Shown in pieces: positions 39,114 through 51,153 of a stretch of 64,000 nucleotides of DNA (position 1 is the stretch's first letter; every line of letters starts with the position of its first letter). Made by a program: the position numbers and the translations under genes. The stretch is from positions 906,914-970,913 of the forward strand of contig NW_001865042.1 in the NCBI RefSeq assembly GCF_000002865.3. Direction: 5' to 3'. The notes under the pieces are model-generated. The model worked only from the letters and a program-made list of their open reading frames with translations. It did not search any database and was not told where the DNA came from. Source of the DNA: Monosiga brevicollis MX1. Its lineage: Eukaryota.

Positions 39114-42058
39114 TATGGTGATGAGAGGGAGTTGTTGGCTTGGCACATGGACGGTCTTTTCTCATATGCATTTCCCACCATGATCCAGGTCCGCTCAATG
39201 CCTTTCCTTGGGTCCTAAATGGGCTCATGGAAGCATACGTCTCACTCAAGCGCGTCGAGCTTTTTGTGCGCCTGCCGCTCGTCGAGTCAGCCCATGACAC
39301 TCGGACGGGGCTGGGCGTGCTGGCTCCTGCCGAGCCTGGCCAAGGGTCCCGTCCACCTCGACCTCATCTGCGTTTGACCAATGCCACCTTCAAGTGGGCC
39401 CCTCACGATGCATACGCGCTGCGCGTGCCATTGTTCGAGGTGCAGCCAGGGGAGCTAGTGGTCATCACTGGGGCTACAGGCGGCGGCAAAACAGCCTTAC
39501 TCCATGCTCTGATGCGCGAGATGCCCTGTACACAGGGTGAGCGTGAGTACACGCTTGCGCTGTTGGACACAGGTCTCGCGTACGCCAGTCAGCAGGCTTG
39601 GATCAGTCATGGCACGTTGCGAGACAACATTCTGTGCCTGCAGGAATACGAGCCCGAACGTTACGCCCAGGTGGTACAGGCTTGCTGTTTGCTCAAGGAC
39701 TTTGAGCAGATGCCGCGCGGTGACTTGACTGAGGTGGGCAGCGAGGGTCACAGCTTGAGTGGCGGACAAAAGGCTCGAGTGGGCCTTGCTCGTGCAGCCT
39801 ACCAGCGACGCTCATTGTACCTGCTTGATGACCCCTTGGCGGCACTGGATCCCGCTGTGGCAAGTGAGGTGCTGGAGCGCTGCATCTTGGGACGCCTTCG
39901 AGAGCATGGCTGCGTGTTGTGCACGCACAGCGAGGCTGCCATGGCAGCAGCCGACCGTCTCTTTGTGGTGGCCAATGGTTGCTTGCGCCCTATCGATCTG
40001 CAGACGGCGCGGCACACCATCATGACAGCAGGCGAGCTGCGCTACGACTTGCAGTCAGGAGCTGACAACAGCGCCGACGATGCCCACCTTCCAGATACCA
40101 GGTCGGCCACCAGTCCAACGGCGGCAGATGAGGGCCAGGGAGCGGAGCTGACGGGCACAGGCAAGCTGCTTGAGGAGGAAAAACGTCTGCTGGGCACCGT
40201 TGCGCTGGTCGTGTACGGCAAGTACTGGCAGGCGATCGGGACTTTTTTGGGCGTGACAGTGTTACTGGCCATGCTGTTTATGCAGTCATCACGCAACCTG
40301 GCTGATTGGTGGCTCTCGGTCTGGGTTTCGCGGGCCCATACCGCGTCCAACAGCACCCAAGGGACCAACGTCTCGCTGTCACTACCTGGTCAAGCTGCAA
40401 ACGCGAGTACTGCAGCCACGGACATGACCTTTTATCTAGGCATTTATGGGGGCATTTCTGGTGCCAACACACTGTTCACGCTGTGGCGAGCATTTGCGTT
40501 TGCGTATGCTGGTGTCGTGGCGGCGCGGGTGCTACACTCACGCATGCTGCGCCGCGTGCTGGGGGCACGGGTGCGGTTCTTTGACACGAATCCATTGGGT
40601 CGCTTGGTCAATCGCTTCAGCAGTGATGTTTACGGCGTGGATGATTCGCTGCCATTTATGCTGAACATCTTGCTGGCGCAATTGTTTTCGGCGGTTGGAA
40701 CCCTGGTGGTCATGTGTTTTAGTGAGCCATACATGTTGCTGGTGTTGCTGCCGTTGGCGGGTATGTATTACACGGTGCAAAAGTACTATCGACAAACGTC
40801 GCGGGAGATTAAGCGCCTCAACTCCATGTCACGCAGCCCCATTTATGCACACTTTGAGGAGTCGCTCAAGGGGTGCACGACGATTCGAGCGCTACAGCTG
40901 CGGCCTGCGGTGACGGACGTAGCTGTGCGCAACATGGAAAGCTATCAGGTTGCCTCTTATAATGAGGCAGCCATTTCATGCTGGTTGTCAATGCTTTTGC
41001 AGACGCTGGGATTGGCTATTTTGGCCGGCATTGCTTTTTTGGCCGCCGCGCGCCATCAATTTGGTACAGCCGACGCAGGGCTGGTGGGGCTGGGGATCTC
41101 GTATAGCTTTAGCATTACCGGCATCCTGCAAGGCCTGGTATCTGCGTTCACCGAGACGGAGAAGGAAATGATTGCCGTCGAACGAGTTACCGAGTATGAC
41201 GATGTAGTAGCGGAGAGGCTTGGGCCCCAGGCTGTGACAGGTGCTGGCTCAGTTGGAACAACCAAGGTCCCGCATGGGCGGCCGGAATCGAAGCAGCTGC
41301 CGTCACCAGCTTGGCCCGAGGCCGGAAGCTTGGAGTTCCGAGGTGTTTGTTTACGATATGCACCCAACCTGGCACTCAGTTTGCGCGATGTGAGCTTTGT
41401 GGTGCCGGCTGGGGCCAAGGTGGGCATCTGTGGGCGCACGGGTGCGGGTAAGAGCTCACTCTTTCAGGTTTTGCTGCGCATGACGGAGATTGAGGCTGGT
41501 CGCGTTCTGGTGGATGGGGTGAACATCAGTGGAGTGCCGCTGCGGGTGTTGCGGCGCCGGGTGGCCACCATCCCACAAGACCCGGTATTGTTCACGGGCA
41601 CAGTGCGCAGCAATCTGGACCCCTTTGGTGAGTTTGATGACGCAGCACTGTGGCTGGCATTGGAACAGTGTCACTTGCTGGCGTATGTGCGAGGCCTGCG
41701 ACGGGGGCTCGAGGCTCGGGTTGAGGAAAACGGGCGCAACTTTAGCGTGGGGATGCGCCAGTTGCTGTGCCTAGGCCGGGCCTTGCTGCGCCGTTGCAAG
41801 GTGGTCTGCATCGATGAGGCCACAGCGAGCGTGGATCAGGCGACCGACCAGCTGGTACAGGGCACGATTCGAAGTGCCTTTGCAAGTGCGACGGTGCTCA
41901 CAGTGGCCCATCGCCTATCAACGATTCTGGATTCGGACCTGATTCTGGTGTTGGAGGATGGTCGCGTGTTGGAGGCGGGCTCCCCCAGCGAGCTGCGCTC
42001 GCGCTCGGGAGGGCGTTTTGCCCAGCTCTTGGCCCATCACGACGGCCCGGCGAGCTAG
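35768..42058 (+). CDS. ABCC10: ABCC/MRP-family ABC transporter, ABCC10 (MRP7)-like
   Basis: NLMSTDCDRIINFCNSFHAFWSLP and GRKYLDAVCVYLWATTP are ABCC10-typical. NBD1 GATGGGKT/LSGGQKAR/LLDDP. NBD2 GRTGAGKS/FSVGMRQ/CIDEATASVD. Start approximate. Confidence 0.92.
39060..39110. repeat. (TG)n microsatellite in an ABCC10 intron
   Basis: Seen directly. Confidence 0.95.
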
Positions 42059-44734
42059 CTTGTCAATCTCACTGGCTTTGCTTGTACGCCTGCCTTTGTT
42101 CGATGTCATGTCACCTTACAAGTCAACGCAATCGCGATAGGATCGGGTGTGTTGTTTTTCAACTTTTTTTTTTTTTTTTCATGTTCACAAATCATTGTAC
42201 GGCTCATGGGTCACGTCTCGAATGAATAAAGTTACCGCAGCGCCTGGCGCCTCTGCCTCTGGCGTCTGTGCATGATCTGGCGATCCATTGCTGTTTCACA
42301 TGTCAATTAACGAGTTGACATGATTTGAGGGCTGTCAGGGTCTGGGTGACCGTTGCTGGCGTTCGCTGCGGTCATGATCATCACACTGAGGCAGGGCATT
42401 CTCAACGGTCATGTCGTTACAAGTGAGGTGAAGAGCAGCACATGTTTCAAGCTCAGCAGGGGCAATGTTTTGAGAATACCATGAGAACAGAGGAGGCTTG
42501 GGGCTTTTGGCTGGCTGACGGACGGACGGTGGCGGGAATTGTTTGCGGGAGGAATATTCAGCGATGTCCCGACAAGACGTCGAATCAGATCCCAATTTTT
42601 GAGTCTCGATGTCGTGGCGTTCGAGGGTTGGCACCGGCAGCAGCCAGCTGGGTATTGCTTGGTGCAGGTCCCACATGTGTGTGTCCAGCCTCGCTCAGCC
42701 ACTCCTCCTCCTTGGCCATGATGACATGATGTGCCAACGGCCAGACGGGGTTCGAGTCGTTGGCGCTAACTTGGCCTCATCCCAAGCCCCTTGGTTTGGA
42801 AACGTCCCAGCCAGCGTTTGGACCCCCTCTGCAGTGCATTCAGTCTTGCTCTGGTCTGGGAATTTGTCATGTGAGCACGAGCATGCACATGAGCACGAGC
42901 TGTTGTCTTTTTCAAATTTTTGGGGACGTGGCGTGTGTGCTTTGGCTCCTTGGGGATGGGTCTTGGCAGCGTACCAGAGGTCCACCTCGTTCCCGACCAC
43001 TGCAGCCCCAAAAGCAAAAAAAATAGCCAAGCCATTGGCATGTTGAGGGGTCGGTAGGGGGCATTCAGTCTTGGCACGGAAAAGAAATCAGTCCTTCGAC
43101 GCTATGATCCAAGACTTTTGAGTTTATTTTTGGCACATGCGCCCCCTTTCGGTGTCAAAGGTGAATGACTTGCATCGCCCCCCAAAAGATCCACCCCACC
43201 TGCCGTTTCTTTTTCCACCCCTGGCTTACGGCTGTGTTTGCTCCGGAAGAAGAACGTTCTGCGTTTGGCGACAGTCGGGGGTCGTCTGTGAAATCTGCTT
43301 CATGTGATCAAGACGCTGCGAATCGGTGCAGTGGCCGGCACCAATCCAGTATGAAGCGATGGTTGAGACGTGTGCGAGTGCGCAGTCAGGGCGCACATCT
43401 TGGGTCCAGCCGTTTGTACAAGGTCCTGGCAAGTCGCAGTGGCCCGAGCGGGCAGGGCATCTGCGTTGCTTTGACTAGTCAGGAGGCACTGCATTTCATC
43501 TGGAATGGAACGCTGAGAGCGCTGGCTGGTGCCAAACCCAAGTCAGCAATGGTGGAAAAGAGGGTAGTGTTTGACAGTGATGTCTTGTTTTGACCAGCTG
43601 GGTAGCAAGCTCGGTTTGGCGCACCGCCGTCTGTGTATCGTGCGTCTGGTTGCTTCCGAGGTGGCGGGCTGTTCTGGCTTCCTGTTCTGGTCGTCATGGT
43701 TTGGCACCTCAACTCACCCTTGGGATTTTTGTCTTTGAAATGTCAGAGAATTGAGCAGAAACAACTTGCGCTGTTTTTGTCCGCGATATCACTCTCATGA
43801 GCAAGCGAAGGTGACAAATCTGTCATGTACGTGAAGGGTTCGTTACCCCGCCAGAGCCCCACGCCGCACCTTCACCGCGCCTTCACCACCCACCATCAAG
43901 CCCCAAACTCACCCAAGCCCTACCCTGCACATGAGCGCTCGCCCATCCAGTTCATCCCCTTCAGGGACAAAAGTAACCATACCCCACATGATTCACCCCC
44001 CACCACAGCGCGCCACAAAACATCACAAGCTGGACTGTAGGCACCCTGGCAGGTGCCCTCACACACCACACCGCTTGGATCCAACACGAAACCCAAGCAC
44101 CCCCACTGCCACTGCCGCACCCACACCAGCCCAGTCGGCATTTGACGCGCTGTGAGTGGTTGCAGTCGATCGGCAGGGTAACGACGTGGCATTTTCTTCC
44201 ATCCAGCCGAGCTTTGACACCAACGTTAGTCTGTTTCGCACTATCTGCCTGGAACCTCGTGAGGTCACACTGGTTCGCTCGAATCTGTCGGACGACCTAG
44301 AAGTTGGCTTTCACACTTACAATCCCAACGACCGAAGCCCTTTTTGAGGTTGAACTTGGCTCTCATCTGTGTGTGTTGTATGTTTTGTCATAGGGCGACA
44401 CTTCCACCAAATTTGTTCCTTGCCCTTCTTGGTTGTGTCCTTGTTTGCGCAAAGCGACGACGCGCACCTTGCTCCCCACCACCAACCTTGCCACCAACCC
44501 CTGCGCCCAACGCAACTCCCTCCATCACCACTTGCACCTTGACCCTTCGCATTGATTAGCCAGCCCATCCTTTCTGAGTCAATCTGCCTGCGTCTGGCCG
44601 ATCCAAGAACAAGTTGATACGCATTGAAAACTGCGTTTGAGTCCATTTTTCGGCTGACGCACGCGGCGTACACGCAAGCTGTCGATATCGTTTCTGATTT
44701 TATTTTTTTATTCTTTTTGGGCTTCACCATCATC

Positions 44735-45271
44735 ATGATGAACACCCCAGTCTGCCGCTCAGGCAAGCGCACTGTCACACAAGCACGCAACGCCTTGCAA
44801 GAATCCGAATCTTGCGGGGTCGCTGCCAAACGCTCGGCCACTTCACACAGCATCCCCGCTGCAGAGGTTGAAGTTGAGGCCGCATCCGCGCCGACCACGG
44901 CCGCCCCCACCACTGCCACTTTGGCCTCGTCTGCGCACCCGAGCGCTACACAACAACAGACGCTGCTGGAACTACAGGTGGTCCATGCTCTGTCACAAAA
45001 CGTGGATGTTTTGGTGCGCAAAATGCGCTTGGCGGCTCTGCACCTACGGCTGGCGCACCCCATTTATGCGCCAGGCGTCCTGGAACAGCGTCTACCTCTG
45101 CTTCTTCGGCGCTGCTCTGTCGTGGTTCCTGGCCTTTTGCAAGAACAGCAGGCAGATGACGGCGAGCTTGGCAATGTCATTCGCATCCTGACCTGGATTC
45201 GCAGTCTTCTTCATGTCGCGGGCCAGGTGGAGCGGCTCTCGCTCTCCATGCGTCGCCGTCAAATGTGCTGA
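44735..45271 (+). CDS. Hypothetical intronless protein, paralog A (178 aa)
   Basis: ATG ORF whose C-terminal ~90 aa align with the ORF at 48349-49233. Confidence 0.75.
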   Translation: MMNTPVCRSGKRTVTQARNALQESESCGVAAKRSATSHSIPAAEVEVEAASAPTTAAPTTATLASSAHPSATQQQTLLELQVVHALSQNVDVLVRKMRLAALHLRLAHPIYAPGVLEQRLPLLLRRCSVVVPGLLQEQQADDGELGNVIRILTWIRSLLHVAGQVERLSLSMRRRQMC

Positions 45272-45940
45272 CGACAACGACGCCTCAACTTGTCCTCAGT
45301 TTGAGGATTGCCACACGATCTCAACCGAGTTGAGCTCATCCTCTTCGGCAACAGTTCAGGATGTTGTTTCTCTGTGGCGGTTCACCTTTTCCCGCTTTTT
45401 TTTTGCCCATAAGTTCTTAGAATTTTTTTTGCACTTTTTAACTTGCCGTTTTGGAGATTACTGTTTCTTGGCTTTTTACCTGCCACTTGACTGGATGATG
45501 GGCAAAGGGCAACGCTTCCCTTTGCTTCGTCTTACTTGTTTCGATACATATGCTGTTGGACTGGCAGAGCCAATCCCAGCGGTCCAGGCTTTTCTAGATG
45601 TCGATATCGACTCTTCTTTTAGCGTGTAGCAACGAGTTGCTCACTTCCTCGTTTTCCCCAACCAATCAATACATGTATTATTCTTTCGATGAAACCTTGA
45701 AGCGCCCACAACGGCCATATTTGTTCATAAACAACTCTACCATAGCAATCGCTGCTTGCGCGTTTTCGGCAGCCGAGAAAACGCGCACAACGACTTGAGC
45801 TTTTAGTGCGCATTTCAGTTGGTAGGGCTGTAAGATTAATGCTATGGGCGACAAGTCTTCGTGCTGAGTAGATGGTGAATAGATGGATGGGATGCTTTCG
45901 CGTCGTGCGGCGCTGCCATCTAGAATAGAGGTGCGGTGGC

Positions 45941-46030
45941 GCCAGACGAGGCCAGACAGGTGCCAGACAGTGCCAGACAGTGCCAGACGAGGCCAGACGA
46001 GGCCAGACAGTGCCAGACGAGGCCAGACGA
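45941..46030. repeat. 10-bp minisatellite GCCAGAC(GAG/AGT), about 9 copies
   Basis: Seen directly; two unit types interspersed. Confidence 0.93.
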
Positions 46031-48348
46031 AGGTGCCCGCGCTTGCCAGTCGTTTGCAAGCGTCCGAGGTTGGGAAGGGGGTAACGGCAGGCCTGGGCAA
46101 GAGGTAGGCAAGGCTCCGTGTGCTCGCTTGGAAAGCTGGCACCGGAATGGGGTGCATGGGTCTTGGGGTTCCCATACAAAGAGGGTAAGGCTTGGCGGGT
46201 TCCAGCCAGCGTCGACCACAAAAACCATTGGTGCGATTTTGGGATATGGCGTTGAGGACGTGACGCGGTCCAATCGTGCAGAGAGGTCGGCTGGCGTGGC
46301 CAACCACCCTACGAAGAGGGGTAAGAGAGCGCGAGCGGCGACAAATTGAAGGGTGAGTTCTATCCTGGGCAGAGCGCAGAGCGTCTTGTGTGTGTGTGTA
46401 GAGAGCCAAGAAAAGGGGTGTGTTTTGTTCGGGAACGGGGTCGGCGCAACAGACTTGGTGTGTCCTCAGTCCTGTTTTTCGGCTGGATGGGTGGGTCGGT
46501 GAGCAACTCATCAGCTGCCAAGGGCGACACTGTTTGGCAGGAAGAGAGTCGGGTGATCTGACCTGATCTGACGCGCAAGTCAACACCTTTTTTTGACATT
46601 CCAGTCATTGATGCAACTTTCGTGGACGAGCCCTGAGCTGGTGGCTTTCAGCTTCAGCCGATATGCGTGCGAGTCAGAAGTGTCCTGTGAAGGCTTTTCT
46701 GGGCCGCTGCCTGCGGGTTCCAAATCTTTGATGTAGCCAAACCAAATCGTCCCGCATCACATTGTGGCCCAAAGGCAGTCGCAAAATCTTCCCGGAAGCG
46801 TGCCAGAATTCTACCAAGGCCACTCATGGGTGCGTGCCAAGACCACGCAGAGCTGTGATTGAGTACCGGGCAAGGCCTGCTTTGTCATCGCGTTGAGCCA
46901 GGTCGTGGAGCGGCGCGCATCGTCATAATCCGATTGGTGGTGCCGAAGGTGAGGAGTGACTTTTAGTATGATGAATACCTGTTCATTATTACGACATAAT
47001 CCACGATTGTGACACCAGTGGGGTTGGGTCAGATTCTACCCCATGGGGTTCCGCACCGCCCAACTGTGCGGCGCGAAATCGCCGAGGGAGCCACGTCACA
47101 TGCAAGAAACAGTACTGCATTCTGTTTCCACGTGGACATACGAGACAAGGCATTTCAGATGGTGAGCATCCTGCTCCAATCTATTCGCATCCCCAGCATC
47201 AAGGTTGGGGCTGCTGGGTGATACGCCAAGTCACCAATCTGATGACCACTATCTGAGAACCCCAAACCGGATCTGTCACCCTTTCGCTTTGCCGAACCCA
47301 AACTCGGCGGAAAACGCTTTGACAAAAACGCCGGCGCTTGTGGCGCGCATAGGGGGCTTCTGATGATCATCATCCCTTGTGCCTTAGCGAAAAAAATTGC
47401 TTGGACCCACGATGAGCACAAACTGGCACGCTCCCTCCGCCTCCCCAACTCCTGGACTTGATCAATGTTCAATGAATTAGTACTCTTGGGGTGTTGGGGC
47501 TGGGGGCAGCGGCTGCTCTCCTGCATTCAGCCAAAAAAAAAACCCCCCAGCCCAACTGCCCGTCCGTCCCGAATCATTCCACGTTTGGTCTCCTTTTTTC
47601 CATCTCTTTCATCTGGGTCACTGTTGAGAAGCTGGTGACGTGCTCATCGACCCTGTCACCACCAGTCACTACGACCTCACTTCCGCTTGCTTTCGCTGGA
47701 CCCAACCCATCAAGCGTGCCGCGCGCCACGACCTCAAATGAACCGACCCATTATTCCCAATTATCTATCGACAGTTATCCACGCTGTTAAGGCCATGCAA
47801 CGCCACGAAACCCGCGTCAACTTGATCCCCTTGATACAGCATTGTTGTTGTGGATCAATAACGGCAATCCGGACTGGTGGTGGAAACCGATGTTTGAAGA
47901 GAGGCATTTTTCCCCTCTCCTGGCTTGCTTGTGGCTGCCCTTGCACACTTCCCTCTTTTTTTTGAAAGATCAAAGTCTCAAAGGACTCTTGCCGTTCTCT
48001 CTTTTTTTTTTTTTTTTTACGTTAAAACCCTCCCCCCTGTCCACCATCCGCCAAATTCAAAGAACGACCTGGGCTTGGCGCATTCCCATCCCGTTGCCTT
48101 TGTCCTGTTTGCATCCCTGCTAGAACTGCCATTCGTTTGACAGCTCCATTCTTTTGACAGCTAGCAAGATCTCCCGTTGTTTCCATTGCTTCCGAGGGTG
48201 CGCCGAGGGACCACCATCAGCCCCACCACCCTTTTTTTTTTGGGCATCCATCTGTTGAATTCTTCTTGCTCCTCTTCTTTTTCTTTCACGAGTGCCTTGG
48301 GCTCCATCGCTCATTTTTTTTTTTTACTTCTGCGAGCCAACACCACAC

Positions 48349-49233
48349 ATGGCTCGCCCCGTGCCATCCCGCCGTTCTCGGGCCTCCCGATTGGCCGTAC
48401 CGATGCGCTCCCTGCCCTTTTGCGGTGGTCCTATGCGTGCCAAGCGGCCCAATGGTCGGTTGGCCTGTCCTCGCTCCTCACGTGCCAGCCTCGAGTTGAC
48501 GCCTGCCGAAGCTGAAATCACGGCTGCCACCCTGGTCAACGCCGGTCGAGCCCGAGCACACTCCCCACTGCCACATCGCCGTCACCGTCACATGGCTCTG
48601 CCTCGATCGCAGCGGTCCCACCGCCATCACACCTTGACCCATCCCCCGACCACGCTTTTGAACGAGCCCCACACCTCTTGGCTTGGCCATGCATCCACTA
48701 GTCTCTCCTCTCCCAGCCACACGGCAGCCCCCCTCTCACCACACTTTCCCTCTTGGCCAATGACGACATCCACCCCCGCTCCACAGACGACTGCAGCTGC
48801 ATCAGCATCTTCAGCATCTTCAGCATCTTCAGCATCAGCATCAGCATCTTTGACAGCGACCAGTGCGCAGGCACCGACACGAACCGTCACCTCGCAGACT
48901 CAGACTGGCGTCTCATGGATCCAAGCCTTGCGCATCCTTCCCTTGCATCTTCTTGCTGAGAGTGCGACTGTCATCAAGCAAGTGAGGGCAGCTGCCATTC
49001 ACCTGGGCCTTACTGACGACTTTTACCAAGAAAGCATGCTTCAGCAAAAACTCCCTGGCATCCTGGCGCAGTGCGCGCTAGTCCTTTCCAGCCTAGCTGC
49101 TTCGAGTGCACCTCAACTTGACGCCCGCGTTTGGGAGGTCATGCGCATCCTCAAGTGGCTGCGCAACCTCCTCGACGTTGCTGCCCAACTTAGAGCCGGC
49201 ACCCCATGCCCCGCTGCGCGGGAGCACCAATGA
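48349..49233 (+). CDS. Hypothetical intronless protein, paralog B (up to 294 aa)
   Basis: ATG ORF with a S/A/T-rich linker and a C-terminal helical domain homologous to paralog A. The start could be a downstream ATG. Confidence 0.75.
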   Translation: MARPVPSRRSRASRLAVPMRSLPFCGGPMRAKRPNGRLACPRSSRASLELTPAEAEITAATLVNAGRARAHSPLPHRRHRHMALPRSQRSHRHHTLTHPPTTLLNEPHTSWLGHASTSLSSPSHTAAPLSPHFPSWPMTTSTPAPQTTAAASASSASSASSASASASLTATSAQAPTRTVTSQTQTGVSWIQALRILPLHLLAESATVIKQVRAAAIHLGLTDDFYQESMLQQKLPGILAQCALVLSSLAASSAPQLDARVWEVMRILKWLRNLLDVAAQLRAGTPCPAAREHQ

Positions 49234-49666
49234 TTAGAGCCCGTCAGTGACCCTGGGTCTTCCTTTTAGTGCATGAGTAGTATAGGCTTCAGCTTTTTCT
49301 TGTTTCTTTCTTTGACTTGTATCTTCATCAGGTTCTTCCCTCTTGGTCGTGTGCGTGTGTGAGGTTCTTGTCCTTGCTCCCACGTGCAAGCCATCGACGG
49401 GGGTGCAGTGGACACCCTGTTGCTTTGAGTGCCACACTTTGTTCCTTTTGTGCTTCTTTGATACACTGGCAGTGTACGTAATTTACTCTAGAATAGCAGG
49501 CAATCACGTATCCATTGTCAACCCTGCCATCTCCTTCGGGCCTTGCCCTTCTTTTGAAAAACATAACCAAACTCATGTCAGCCCGCCATCACGTGTGCTG
49601 TGCAGGCTCAAGCCATATTCTTTTCGACCTCGCCTCGACCAAGAAGTGAGATGGTTCGGGGCATGA

Positions 49667-49700
49667 ACAGACACACACAGACACACACAGACACACGCAC
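49667..49700. repeat. Short (CAGACACACA)n repeat between convergent genes
   Basis: Seen directly. Confidence 0.8.
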
Positions 49701-49806
49701 CGCTTGTTGGGATTTTACTGCATGCAAACAAACATGACCAGCAGATCAATCTGAGCCTGACTCACATTTGACCCAGTGGTTGGTCACCGTCATCAGGTCT
49801 GCCCCA

Positions 49807-50718
49807 TCAGAGCTCATCACGATTCAAGTCCACAGCCATGGCGTCGCCCTCAATCCCGTAGAATTCACGAAAATGTGCAAAGACCGAGGGCAGGGGTGTG
49901 CCCTGGCGTTGGGCAACCACCGTCGCCAAGGGCTCTACCAGTCGTAAAAAGTGGCGCGTCCGGTCCGGCCCAGGAAAGGCACGCAAAAAGTGGTCCCGGA
50001 GCAATCCGAAAGAATGAAAGTAGGCCACCTACCCATGCCAAAGTTTCCATCCAGGTGATGGGCCCAACCAGCGTTGGTGCGGTGCAGCGCGCTTTGTCCC
50101 CCTTGCCTTGTTGCACAGATATGCTGATCCCACGTAAGCACCCGTCAAAGTCGTACCTTTGAGTACCAGGCCTGGATGTGGCGGCGAGCGTGTTGCAGTT
50201 CACGCCCATACTCGCTGCGTGCTTCCACCTCCTTGGCAAACTGTGCCTGGTAGTCGTTCCCGTCTAAAGTGGCCTCTGCAAAGTTTTCCAGCTCGGCAAA
50301 GCTATGCAGCGACAGCCCGAGCCAATAAGATCAGACCTCAACCACTTTGGTAACATGCTCAGGCATGCGGCATGCGATGCCACTGATGCAGCTACCTTTC
50401 CAGCATGTGGGGAGCCGAGTATTCCGAGTGCACGGTGTTAAAGATGGATGCCTCTGATGAGTTGCGTGCCAATGACAGCGCATGGTAAAAGTAAATGATG
50501 GATGCAAAGGTACCTGCAGTGCAGCCAGGGTCGCAGCCGGCATGAGTAAAGGGGAGCTGGCCAGGGTTGCACTTGCGCGTCAAGGGGTGTCAAAGCGCAC
50601 TCAGGGCTGTCAGAATGAGTGACCAGTTTTGTAGCGCCATGGTCTGTTGGAGCCGACTCAAGACAGACGAGTTGGAAAGCTCACGCCGCAGCGGCGTTGG
50701 TGGGTCTGACGTTGCCAT
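49807..50718 (-). CDS. Four-exon membrane-anchored protein ending RDEL (200 aa); exons 50718-50601, 50513-50396, 50301-50157, 50028-49807
   Basis: Three GT-AG introns with matching phases (1, 2, 0) give one open frame: MATSDPP..WSLILTALSTFASIIYFYHAL..ELQHARRHIQAWYSKVAYFHSFGLL..AVDLNRDEL*. Confidence 0.78.
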
Positions 50719-51153
50719 AATATTGGTAATCGCGCGCGGCTAGGGCGCCCAGCCGTTTAGGCCAATCTATTTTGTGCTGGCCCCCGTTTCGTCCCCTGAA
50801 TACTCGCACAGCGGCTCCCGCCCTCAAGTCACAGCAGCATTCCCAAAGGGGGAGAAGAAAAAAAAAAAAAAGAAGAGAAAATTGACACACAAACTTGCTT
50901 TTCAAATAATTTCGACCATCATGATTTTTAATTTTTCGAATGATGCGAAACAGTCAACAACGCTGGCTGGCACGCTCTTCACATGTCAATTTGGGATTGA
51001 ATGGGAGCAGTGACACGTCGTGCTTCACTGATCTCAATCTTCAATGGCATGTCACCCACACACGATGATTGCCAAGGTACACGTAATCACCAGCCCGCAC
51101 GCACAGCGCTGGGGCGTACACACAGCACGCATGGCGAAATATCCGGTCTTGGC

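Noticed and set aside
42299..42322. Inverted repeat CATGTCAA-N8-TTGACATG
   Set aside because: 8-bp arms are expected several times by chance in 64 kb, and there is no transposase or target-site duplication.
42718..42800. ATGATGA C-box suggesting a C/D snoRNA (also at ~46968)
   Set aside because: No D box (CTGA) at a suitable distance.
44156..44347. Short ORF ..EPREVTLVRS..VGF resembling a PDZ start
   Set aside because: It stops immediately and no partner exons were found.
45941..46030. CRISPR array or Smad CAGA-box array
   Set aside because: No spacers or cas genes. The Smad match is only a short core, and canonical Smad signalling is animal-specific.
45678..46586. 302-aa - strand ORF
   Set aside because: Non-ATG start, runs through the minisatellite, and has no coding-like composition.
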